From the NCBI GenBank assembly GCA_049999805.1, contig JBNGIO010006164.1:89769-141938 (forward strand): a stretch of DNA of 52,170 bases. The letters run 5' to 3'. Positions 31,194 through 41,727 of the stretch are shown here, one piece after another. Below the pieces are notes generated by a model. That model made no database searches. It saw nothing but the letters and a program-made list of their open reading frames with translations, and had not been told where the DNA came from. This DNA comes from Folioceros fuciformis. Taxonomy: Eukaryota. The stretch's first letter is position 1; each line of letters opens with the position of its first letter. Made by a program: the position numbers and the translations under genes.

Positions 31194-34016
31194 ATGACGC
31201 TCCAGCTGCCAGTGCCCGTGCCCGTGCCCGTGCCCAATTGCGCCATTCCCGACTGGGGCATTTCGGTGAACCAGCAACACCGATTCTGTGCTCCTGCAAG
31301 TCAGCATCCACCACGAAGGCCGGGTGCTTTCAGTGCTGAGGAGACTTCGGGCACTCAAGGATTCGGTGTTGCAGAGAAGGAGCGACTGGAGGTCCTGTGG
31401 CAACGCTTTTTTCTTGATCCTACACAGTGGTGGGACAACAGGGCAGATAAGAAGAGCTCCCGGCATCCCGACTTCAGGCACAAGACCTCTAAGCAGGCCT
31501 TGTGGCTGGAAGACTGTTTCAAACCTGGGTGGGTGGATTTGGAGTTGGAGTTGGCCTCCTGGGTTCCTTCAGGCAGGGAAGACGGTCCACAAGATGAGAG
31601 GCTGCGGGTGCGGTGTGAGGAAGCGGAGCTAAGGGAGGCTGTCGAGGCGTTGGCCATTCTGGTGCAGGAAGGAGCTTATGTTGATACCTCTCTTTTGTAT
31701 TGTCTTCTGAAGAGGTGCATAGCAGAAGAGGATCTAATCCTTGGCAGGCGAGTTCATGCTCTTGTTCTGAAGAGTGGATATGAGTCGAACGCATTCCTGG
31801 GTAATCACATCATGGGTATGTATGTTTGTCATGGGAAATTGGCGGAAGCTGTGCGAGTTTTGGACGACGTGACTGCACCAGACGCCTACATGTGGGCCAC
31901 CATCATTTTAGGGCATGTTCGACATGGTCAGCCCGTTGATGCCATGCGTCTGTATCGACGGATGAGGTACTTTGGGGTGGAGCCAGACAACCATGTGTTT
32001 GTGGCAGTTCTCAAGGCTTGCGCAGTGGCGGAGGATTTGGATTTTGGCAAAGAGGTCCATGCTGACATTTTCGCCAGCTTCGTTAGAGTCAACACAATCG
32101 TGGGCAACAGCCTTGTTAACATGTATGCAAAATGTGGAAGCTTAGATGATGCACGACTAGTGTTTGATGAGCTGCAAGCAAGAGACGTGGTTACATGGAC
32201 TGCCATGATTGCAGGATATGCACAGCGGGGCATGGGTCAAGAAGCCCTGGACTTGTACGCAGATATGCAGCAGGAAGGCATAATACCAGTCAATCATGTG
32301 ACGTATGTTTGTCTACTGAAAGCGTGCGCCAGCGTTCAAGCTCTGCACCAGGGGAAGCAGCTTCATGTTCATATTCAGCAACGTGGACTGGAAACCAATG
32401 TGCCTGTGGCCAACTGCCTGGTGGATATGTACTCAAAATGTGGGAATATTGAAGACGCACGGAAAGTGTTTGACAGTTTGCCCACCCGAGATGAGGTGAC
32501 ATGGAGTGCAATGATATCAGGATACACGCAGCAAGGGCTCGGTGGAGAAGCTCTTGCTCTGTATTCGAGGATGAAACAGGAATACATAACCCCAGCAGAT
32601 CCCGTCACCTTTTTGTGCATTATGCAAGCATGTGCCAGTGTCGGAGCTCTGCATCCGGGAAAGGAGCTTCATGTACAGATAGAGGAAAGGGGAATGGAAT
32701 CTGATGAAATCCTTGGCAGCTGCCTGGTCGATATGTATGTCAAATGCGGGAGCTTGGAAAATGCTCGCAGAGTTTTCAATAGACTGCCCAGTAAGACTAT
32801 GGTGACGTGGACTGCCATGGTCGCAGGTTGTGTGCAGCATGGTCTTGGTCGGGAAGCCCTTGGTGTTTACTCGAGAATGCTAGAAGAGGGTGTTACACCA
32901 ACTGATTCTGTTACCTTTGTTTGTCTACTGCAAGCATGTGCCAGTGTTGGAGCTCTGCAGCAGGGAAGGCAGCTTCACTCACAAATATTTGAAAGAGGGT
33001 TGGAAGGTGATGTGTTTACTGGCAGCTGCCTGGTGGACATGTATGCAAAATGTGGGAGCTTGGAAAGTGCTCGCCAAGTTTTTGATAGACTTCTTACAAA
33101 AAATGTGGTGACATGGAATGCTCTGCTCGCAGCCTACGCGGAGCACGGGGATGGTCAAGGTGCAATGAGCTGCGTCACAGATATGCGGCAGCAGGGTTTT
33201 GAGCCGAATGAGGCTACTTTTGTCTGTGTACTTGTGGCTTGCAGTCACGGGGGTTTGGTACACGAGGGCCGAGAGTATTTCAGGATGATGGTTGAGGACT
33301 ACAACATCATGCCAACCGATGACCACTACAATTGTCTGGTGGATCTCCTAGGCCGGTCAGGCTGCCTCAACGAGGCAGAAGACATGATGTACAAGGTACA
33401 GCTCAGAAATTACCTTGTGGGATGGACATCTTTGCTCAGTGCATGTAAAAGTCATAGTGATATTGAGCGGGGAAAGCGATGTTTTGACCGGCTTGTGAAA
33501 CTGGAACCTGGGAATGCAGGAGCCTACGTTCTCATGGGTACCATTTATGCAAGTGCTGGCAGGTGGACGGATGTCGATAGAATAGAGAACCTAAGAAAAG
33601 TGGCATCTGCTTGGAAGAAGCCTGCTAAAGTGTGCATTGAGGTGATGAACAAAGTTCACGAGTTCACCGTGGGTGAGGAAAGGACAGACATCTCGTCGAC
33701 CCTGAAGACTGTGAGCATGAGGTTGAAGGAAGGGGGCCATAAACCACAAACCGATCTGGTGCTGAAGGCAGCGTCTGAGCAGGAGAAGGAAGATGCTTTG
33801 TGTGGACACGCAGAGAAACTGGCTTTGGCCTACGGTTTGCTGAACACACCAGACGGCACTACTTTGATTGTCACTAAGAATCTTCGAATGTGCAATGACT
33901 GCCACAGTAGCACCAAGCTTTTGTCTAGTCTCGAGAAGCGACAAATTATAGTTAGGGACGCCCACCGAGTACATCATTTTCTTGACGGGTCTTGTTCTTG
34001 CAGAGACCTACATTAA
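31194..34016 (+). CDS. PLS-class PPR protein with N-terminal PDF motif, about 17 PPR motifs, E1/E2 and a DYW:KP domain of DRH-like type (ends CSCRDLH)
   Basis: First ATG of the 31161 ORF (MTLQLPVPVPVP). Contains KKPAKVCIEV, GHAEKLALAYG, KNLRMCNDCH and RDAHRVHHF. The start is uncertain because of a possible splice acceptor at about 31166. Confidence 0.92.
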   Translation: MTLQLPVPVPVPVPNCAIPDWGISVNQQHRFCAPASQHPPRRPGAFSAEETSGTQGFGVAEKERLEVLWQRFFLDPTQWWDNRADKKSSRHPDFRHKTSKQALWLEDCFKPGWVDLELELASWVPSGREDGPQDERLRVRCEEAELREAVEALAILVQEGAYVDTSLLYCLLKRCIAEEDLILGRRVHALVLKSGYESNAFLGNHIMGMYVCHGKLAEAVRVLDDVTAPDAYMWATIILGHVRHGQPVDAMRLYRRMRYFGVEPDNHVFVAVLKACAVAEDLDFGKEVHADIFASFVRVNTIVGNSLVNMYAKCGSLDDARLVFDELQARDVVTWTAMIAGYAQRGMGQEALDLYADMQQEGIIPVNHVTYVCLLKACASVQALHQGKQLHVHIQQRGLETNVPVANCLVDMYSKCGNIEDARKVFDSLPTRDEVTWSAMISGYTQQGLGGEALALYSRMKQEYITPADPVTFLCIMQACASVGALHPGKELHVQIEERGMESDEILGSCLVDMYVKCGSLENARRVFNRLPSKTMVTWTAMVAGCVQHGLGREALGVYSRMLEEGVTPTDSVTFVCLLQACASVGALQQGRQLHSQIFERGLEGDVFTGSCLVDMYAKCGSLESARQVFDRLLTKNVVTWNALLAAYAEHGDGQGAMSCVTDMRQQGFEPNEATFVCVLVACSHGGLVHEGREYFRMMVEDYNIMPTDDHYNCLVDLLGRSGCLNEAEDMMYKVQLRNYLVGWTSLLSACKSHSDIERGKRCFDRLVKLEPGNAGAYVLMGTIYASAGRWTDVDRIENLRKVASAWKKPAKVCIEVMNKVHEFTVGEERTDISSTLKTVSMRLKEGGHKPQTDLVLKAASEQEKEDALCGHAEKLALAYGLLNTPDGTTLIVTKNLRMCNDCHSSTKLLSSLEKRQIIVRDAHRVHHFLDGSCSCRDLH

Positions 34017-34195
34017 CGTGGTGCTGAGATTTGTTGACAACACGAATGCAGATTGCGGCAAGCCAGATTGGAACAACCCTCAGATCACGAGTCCAGCAAC
34101 ACAATCGAAAAGCGTACAAGTGGTAGTTTATGGTGCCACGTCCAAAAGCGATGCACGGGGTTTCTGAATGAAAACTCATGATGTTCTTAGTTTCT

Positions 34196-35554
34196 TCACG
34201 TCAGGCGAATGAGCAACACCATGAACATGAACATCCCGCACATAATAAACACAGCTAAGCATGCTAAGCAATTTGTACCAAAACTCTTGGAGTAGATTTC
34301 TCCTGCTTTCATATTTGCCTGCTTTGTTGCTTCAAGACTGTGCTCTACAGCTCGTTCTGTGGAATCCAGAACCTAATGAGACGACGACACCTGGATTAGT
34401 GTGAAAGGCAGATGATTGTGACCAGCAGACTTCCAGAGATACCAACGAATGATCAACGTGGGAATCCCAGGAGCCACCTTTTCCGTATCACGCAGTGAAT
34501 GGCCCATTATAAGACTGGTTTCCTTGATTTGCCGAGCCAGGAGGACCATCTCATCTGTTAAATCCTCCTGAAGTTGTCTGAAGATCAACACCGTTGCACA
34601 AGTCAGTCCTGGCCAGCTGGCTCAAGGAACGCATGAGACAAGCCTGGTACACGCAAAGGATGCAACACGCAGCTGAAGAATGACCTGTTTCTCTGCAAAA
34701 TTTTGTGTGCTTCAGAGTCCAACTTCTTATCATCTTCAGCTGCATGAGAGCTCTCCTTTTTGCTGTCCTTGTCCTTGACGCTGTTGACAGAAGCCGTGAG
34801 ACAAGCAGCAACACAATTGTCACATGCAGCCCCGCAGAATAACCTGATATGCTTAGTGGAAGGAAAGAACGAAAGAAAGCCTAACACTTGCTCCTCACAT
34901 GTTCCGTCTCCTCGGACCTGCCGGGTCACTCTGAGAGGGCACAGACGCAGCATCAGCAACAGGCTGTTGGACGTCTGCACCAGCGGCCGTGACAGCAGCC
35001 GAGGATGCCAGATTCCGTTGCCTATCATCTTGCGGTCTCAAGCTCTCCCATATATCCAACTGCAAGCATATCAGAAGCAGCTTTGCAATCAAGCATACCG
35101 AAACGTAGGGACTGCACCCCGCGCCTCTCCTCACCGCCAAACAGACAAAGCAAGACGTCTAACCGGAGGATTCGCGTTGATCTTCTCGGCCAATGATAGA
35201 ATGCGGTCCGAATACTCCTTCGTCTTAGCAGGGGTTATTCTGCAACAAAACACCCTTTCAAGGACTGCCAATTCCTCCAATCGAAGGTTTAAACATCTCA
35301 GACTCGATCTTGCACACCTGGGCAGATTTTCCGCGTCCTCCCCTGTGAGAATCAGGAGCTGTTCCCTCGAAGTTGCTAAATACTGCAAAGACAGCCGTCC
35401 AGATAGTCAGCCAGAAATTAGAGGAGCAAGGTATGTTCAATGCCAATGGCTGGAAACATATCCTCCTCACATGCTTTAATTTCGCTTGATTCGTCTGCTC
35501 TGACAACGCTGCGAGCAGGCGACGCAACTTCACCTCCGCTTTGCTGAGCCCCAT
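34196..35554 (-). CDS. USE1: USE1-like ER Qc-SNARE, 7 coding exons
   Basis: [16 protein letters not shown]...[21 protein letters not shown] motif [48 protein letters not shown]-terminal TM ...[16 protein letters not shown] phases are consistent. Confidence 0.88.
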
Positions 35555-35879
35555 TTCAACACAAAAGTGATCCCCCTGGCTGCTTCCGCACGAATGGTCT
35601 CCGTGGCTATAACATCATAGGCGTTGTAACTCTGCTCCTCATCGGCCTGGGTACTCGGTATCGTTGTCACAGGCTCCGACATTCTCCCCACACAGTCCTA
35701 ATGATTAAGTTGCGTTATTCGATTTTACATTTAGCGATCGTAAATCATCCCCGCGCCATGCCCTGCATATACTGTATGGACGTCCCCATGTACAGTTCCT
35801 CGATATAACCTAACCTATTTGTATTATCTCCAGTGGTAGGGTAGGGGAGACCCTTCCTTCTCCTTAGTGAGCGGAGCGA

Positions 35880-38800
35880 CATATGTTTGCTAAGGTCCAA
35901 GTGAAGTCATTTTCCTTTAGGGATCTATCGCTCCTCATACATGTAAGCCTTGTCCACCACACTTCCTTTCTCCCTCTTTTGGTGCTTCAGAGCACTCCCT
36001 ATCCTATCCTGCGACTTCCTTGGAGAGGGAGAGACATTTACATCAAAAGATATCATATCATAGTTGAAGTTTCATCAAACACTTTTGATAAAACAGAAGC
36101 TCGGTTTAAGGCTTAGGCTATGAGTCTTAAGGAGTCTTAATCTAACTTTTTTTAGCTTGGAATGAGCATAAAAAAGTGTTGTTCATCCCTTGATGGCATG
36201 CCCTTGCAAGAGTACTTTGGGAATTGAGTGTCTTATCTACTACTAAGGCATGAAATCCTAGCTAACTCATTTGCTAATGAACTTTAAAATCCTTAGAGAC
36301 GTTAAGGATTTCTCCAAAAGACATGCCTAGCAGAGAAAAACAATCTCAACCTTCTCACAAGTAGGGGCAACTCTAGATAGTAGCGGCTCAAAGTTTAAAT
36401 GTGTTTTCTGTCCCCCATATTTTTTACACAAAAATGTTGAGGCGCCAAGCAAGGCCCATGGAGCTTAGAGCAAGGGGGAATAAAAACATGACCATACTAC
36501 ATAGAGACGTCCTTCTACACTTTGTTTGTTGAGCATCCCTCCCTCCATGACCCATGGGGCGTGGAGGATTGATTGTGATGTGCTCACAAATAGAGTGTGC
36601 TTGGTGATCCACGTTTGCAATACAAAGACTCTCTTCTCTTTCCTGGATGAAACACCTGGATGGATGGATGCATGCATGGTTGAGTAAGAAGCTAAGCTTC
36701 CACTCTCTTCCTTGAACATGAATGAATATGTGTGCAAGAGGCCTAAGAATAGATGAGGCCATGAGAAAAGCCCCTCTATGCTTTCTTGCTTACTTACTTA
36801 CTTATGCTTTCTTGCTTACTTACTTCACTCCCTCCCACTACATTTAGGACAGGCCCAAGGCTTGTCCTGAATCTTTTATCTTTTAACTCTTGGACACATG
36901 TGCTCGCAGTCAGTAGTAGTCCGTAGCCTCCTTAATACACACGTCAATGCAAAACCAAGTGCTATGCATGTGTCTTACCTCAGCAAGCAATGCAACCACT
37001 TGCAATGCAGGGTCTTTAGGTGCATCATTGCAAGAAAACTCTTTAGGTGCATCATTGCAAGAAAACTCTTGTTCTGGAATGCCATAGTCAGCATCGTCCT
37101 CATCATCCACACCATACGCACGCAGGGTCATTATCCCTGCAAGCCTGTCTTCAGCCTAGAATGCCTTTGCAAAAACGTGACCAAGAATGTCTCTATCCGC
37201 AAATTTCATTTTTCTCACCTTGTGCAAATTCCACACTCGGAGTAAATCAAGGCTGGCCTGCAAATTGTGTATATATGCCTTGTACAAGAAAACCCACTTT
37301 TCCTTGAAGGACCTTCAAAAGTGTTTAATTCTATAGAGATTAATCCTCCTTGCCCCGCCCTACAATAAGCATAGTCGTTCAAGGCCCAATCTGCTCCCCA
37401 ACTTCCTTATTGACTCCCTCCCTTGTACCCCCAACCCGACTACAAAGGCCCTCACGTAGTTGTGGACCGAGGGTCCTTTGATGAGGTTATTCTCATTCTC
37501 TCTTGGTTGTGCCCTCTTAAAATGTGCCTCTATCAAGTTGTGCTCCGTTGCATAGTCCGACCTCAACCATTGCGGATGGCCGAATCTCTACAAAGCCCCA
37601 AGGTATGCATCATAGTTGGTTTGTGCTCACTTGTTGTCCACTAACACTGCCCATGTTATGGAGTGTGTTGCCCCATTGATCGTTGTATGCACCTTCATGT
37701 AGAACATATATATCTTGTCATATGTTGCACTCAAGCCATTCGTAGTTGTTAGGCAGGTGGGTTCAGTGACAAGATTCACGCAATAGAGTCTAGGCACTTA
37801 CAATCCATGTGCCACATGTACATTAGTGTCCAATTTGTGTACAACACCCATCAAATATGATTCCGTGCATACAAGGGCACTCCCTTTGGTTGCTTTGCCC
37901 GTAGGGTAGCTTTGCTTACCTGCTTACCTCCTAAGCACTATGTTCCCTGCATCTAGCAATGTTGCCTTCACTACTTTGACACCAAAATTGTCATGTTGTG
38001 CCACTAAACATCGCACTCATGCATGATTCATTAGTTAACAATATTCACACCACATCACATTACATACACATTAAATACTGCATGATGGTGTTGCAGCTCT
38101 ACAAGAGTGAAGCGTTTGCTCCTTCAGTCACCACAAAATCTCCTCCACCTACATCCACACTTCTTAGAGTTATAACTTGGCTTCTCAAATCCTTGATCGG
38201 GTCACATGATCTTGCACACTAGGCACACACACACCTCAACAGGATTTCCAACAAGAGAATGCTTTATCAAGGGAAAGCCTATTCCTAAAAAGCAAGAGAA
38301 AACAAGCTTACAATTGAAGCGGACACCGCTCAGCTAGGCTTTTATGCTTGCTACTTGAGACCTATTGTAGCCACATCCACAACTAGATATACACACTGTT
38401 ACATCGTTGTGTGTTTATCTAGTTGACTTTATATTATATTTTCTAATCATCTTCACTAAATAGTTATTAATTATCACTCATATCATTCATTAGCATCATT
38501 AATTATAAACTAATTACTATTTGCATGCATCTAAGCGACAGCACACAATCATGCTTATCATGCTTTATAGCCCTTTAAGCTGGCTTGCGTAAGTATGCAA
38601 ATTGTTGCACTCCATCGTCGTGTTAATGATGGCAAACAAGGTTGATCATATTTTGTGACGTGGGCACCCGTTTGTCCAACTAATGACGGTGCGTGTACAA
38701 TATGGCTAGGGCTCTTGCTACCTCGTCATCCATTGACTAGAACTCACTCGCATGCTCCTAACCTAGGCAAGGTGCATTGATCTACGCACCGTCTTGGGCT

Positions 38801-40890
38801 CCTTGGTTGCTGCCTAGACTAGGATTGGAGGTAGCCGAGCTTTGGCGTGAATCACCTAGGTCAAGGGTTGCCTGCCCCAGGGATAGATCGGGGCCATGGG
38901 CCTCTTTTTGTTATCTCGGGGAATGGCAACGACCTTGAAAGGGCTACAAGCACAAGAGTAGAACCCAAAGGGAGGGAAGACTCAAAATGGAACACATAGG
39001 GTTAGAGTGGGAGATAGGAGGACACAGCAGGCTGCGGGTTTAAGGAGGGTGGTGGGCCCCAATGGATTACAAATTTGGAGGCTACGGGCTTGGAGGAAGT
39101 AGTGACTGATGGATGAGGGCTATGTTGCGGAGGCAATGCCTGAAATCATTGCAACCATCGCTATAGGAAAGTGGGATTGGCGCAAGCCAAGAAAGCTGAG
39201 GAAGGCTATGCCGATGCAAATGCGCTCTTCAATAGGTGGAGGTATCTAGACATGCAATGGAGGCAACAACTTTAGCGATGATTACAAAGACTAAGCTACA
39301 AATAGAAGAAGCTCTGCATGTTGTTGCAGGCACTGGAGGCAAGTGTGTCATTGGCGGCACCACTCATGAGTGGGTGGGTACCCTTTTCAAAGGCCTCCAA
39401 CCCCTATTCAAATGAGAGATAGTAGGAAGGGGAGGCATGGCGTAGTGTGAAGATAGCTTCACTAAAGAGGTAGTAGCGCAATGCCTATGAGCTGTTGTGA
39501 TCAATGGAATTGCTAGGCGACGATTGGTTGGAGAGACTGCTGATTGCGAGGCCATTGAGAGGGAAGTGATGCGAGGGTTGTAGTCAATGGAGGGTGGCAT
39601 GGAGAGCTTGCAAGAAGGCTTGTAGGTGGGGCTGGATTCCCTCAAGGCAAGCATGCAGTCTGGGCTGGGCAACTTTATGGAGAGGCTATGAGAACTCACA
39701 ACAAAGATGGATAATGTGAAGCAGGTTGTGGAAATGATAGAGTAGGCTAGCCTGAGGGAGGGCTAGTATAGACTAGACTATGCTAGGGAGAGTGAGTGAG
39801 GACTGGGTAGGTGATGTTGAGGGAGAAAGCAACATTTTGGGACATTTGTGTTTGCTTCTGTTTTTGTTTTTGGTTTTTTTTGTGGTGAAACCTTACAACT
39901 CAAAAATTGTGGTGTGGTATTTACTTTGCCTTTGTGTAGGATGAATTGTCCCAAGAAGAAAGTAGCGAAGTAGAGGCCCTTGGTGGTTGCTAGAGGACTG
40001 TTTTTTGTTTTGTTTTGTGTTTCTTATGCATGTAGGATCAAGCATTCTAGGTTGAAACCCATGAACTCTATAGAGGCCCCTTTTGAGAGCCATTCGGCAC
40101 AACTTGGATGTTTTTCGGGAGAACGGCATGGTAGTGAGGCTTGGAGAAATGCCATGGGCACTAAGGGACTTGACCATTGGTCGAGGAGCCATGTTCCTAC
40201 CCAAGGTGATGAATGCTTTAGGCATGCTTGAATCCCATACGTAGCTGAAGGGAGGTGCCAGCTGAGGCCCATTCTTGTAGGTAGTTTGCTTTAGGTGTGC
40301 AGACTAAGGCACATTCTGGTAGGTGGCAAGAATGCAGCACTTTGGCCTAGTGGAATTTGCAGCAATTGGCTTAGAAGAAACTAAACTTTGCTTGGTTTCT
40401 TCAACAACTGTCTCTTAAGAAACCCACTTTGCTTGGTTTCTTGAGCAACGGGCTCATTCTAAACACAAATTTGCTTGGTTTGTGCATCCTTGTCTTTGTA
40501 TAAAGTGTATTGAGAGATGTTGCAGTGGTCGTGAGGTTTAGCCCAAACCCTATTTTCAAGGGCCACAATGCATGCTGTGAGGATGATCCCAAACCCTATT
40601 TAATGAAGGCCACAATGCAGGAGGGTTGTAGCTTTAGGAAGGGATTGAGCCTAGTGGCTTCATGGCCTTGTGTGATGAAGCAACCCTAAACAAACCCTAA
40701 AACATGAAGGCCCGGATGATGAATGCAGAATGACATGAAGGCAAGAGAAGTGTTTTTGGGAAAAATGTGAAAACATGTGCAATTTTGAGTGGAGTATGGT
40801 ATGGCTAAAGAGTATGCTTGGGGGTGACTCCCATGGGCAAAAATACAAAGGCATCTTGGGGTATATACCCATAGATACCCAAGTGAAAAG
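35880..40890. mobile_element. About 5 kb gene-free island of probable decayed transposon sequence
   Basis: No intact ORF. Visibly CG-poor and rich in TAG/CTA/CAT compared with flanking genes. Small tandem duplications at about 36778-36825 and 37013-37068, and a stop-riddled coiled-coil-like frame at 39362-39745. No TE family could be identified. Confidence 0.45.
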
Positions 40891-40893
40891 CGT

Positions 40894-41062
40894 TAAATAA
40901 TCCAACCTCCCACCAATGTCCGGTTTGGTATGCCATTTAAATAGTCCAGCCTACCCCTATGTCCTGTTGGGTATGCCATTTAAACATACCCATTTAAATA
41001 GTCCAGCTTCCCGTGTGTTCGATTTGGTATGCCATTCCCCCATGTCCGGTTCGGTGTGCCAT
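40894..41062. repeat. About 4 imperfect tandem copies of a ~40-45 bp unit (TAAATAGTCCAGC...TGTCCGGTTTGGTATGCCATT)
   Basis: Directly visible immediately upstream of the RPL31 promoter. Confidence 0.75.
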
Positions 41063-41086
41063 ATGTGATTAATGCTTTTCAATTCC

Positions 41087-41101
41087 TAGGGTTTAGGGTT
41101 T
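41087..41101 (-). promoter_or_regulatory. Telo-box (AAACCCTA x2) upstream of RPL31
   Basis: CTAGGGTTTAGGGTTT about 105 bp before the ATG. Telo-boxes are well known in plant ribosomal-protein promoters. Confidence 0.7.
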
Positions 41102-41206
41102 GGCTTGAAATCGGAAGAGGAAGACCCATTTGTTCTCTTCGAAGGCGGCTGGAGGTGGTAGCGCGGTTGGACCCTTTGCCGCTGTCGTGTTTCAGCAGTT
41201 GGCGCC

Positions 41207-41727
41207 ATGGTGGAGAAAGGGAAGAAGCGACCTAACGAGGTTGTCACACGGGAGTACACTATCAATCTGCACAAGCGGCTACATGGCTGGTAGGTGGTCT
41301 CTATGGCGAGAAAAACGTGCGTTGATGTGTGGGATGTGTGTGTGGAGCAGATGGTGAGTCACACCTCAGTTGCGCTGCTCTGCGCTGTATCGGACGTTGT
41401 GAGCCAGTTTAGGGTTTGGGCGTTGCTGACATCCCGTGGGTTTGCAGCACTTTCAAGAAGATGGCTCCCAAGGCCGTGAAGGAGATCAGGAAGTTCGCTC
41501 AGAAGGCCATGGGGACTACCGACGTGAGGCTGGATGTGAAACTGAACAAGCACATATGGAGCCGGGGTGTGAGGAACGTCCCTACTAGAGTCCGTGTGCG
41601 CATCGCCAGGAAGCGCAACGACGATGAGGATGCAAAGGAGGAGCTGTACTCGTATGTCACAGCTGCCGAGGTGCCGCAGACCGGGTTTTCCAACCTGGGA
41701 ACCAAGGTCGTGGAGGAGGAGGATTAG
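41207..41727 (+). CDS. RPL31: 60S ribosomal protein L31 (eL31); exons 41207-41289 and 41448-41727
   Basis: [86 protein letters not shown]. Confidence 0.97.

Noticed and set aside
9658-35554. Apparent clustering of trafficking genes (SYP3, EREX-like, USE1)
   Set aside because: They act in different compartments and are separated by unrelated genes; no evidence beyond chance in a gene-dense genome.
35791-35809. TACAGTTCCTCGATATAAC resembling a pogo/mariner terminal inverted repeat
   Set aside because: No matching inverted partner found in the window.
37423-37644. YKGPHVVV resembling the GPY/F motif of Ty3/gypsy integrase
   Set aside because: Too short, with no integrase core or chromodomain recognisable nearby.
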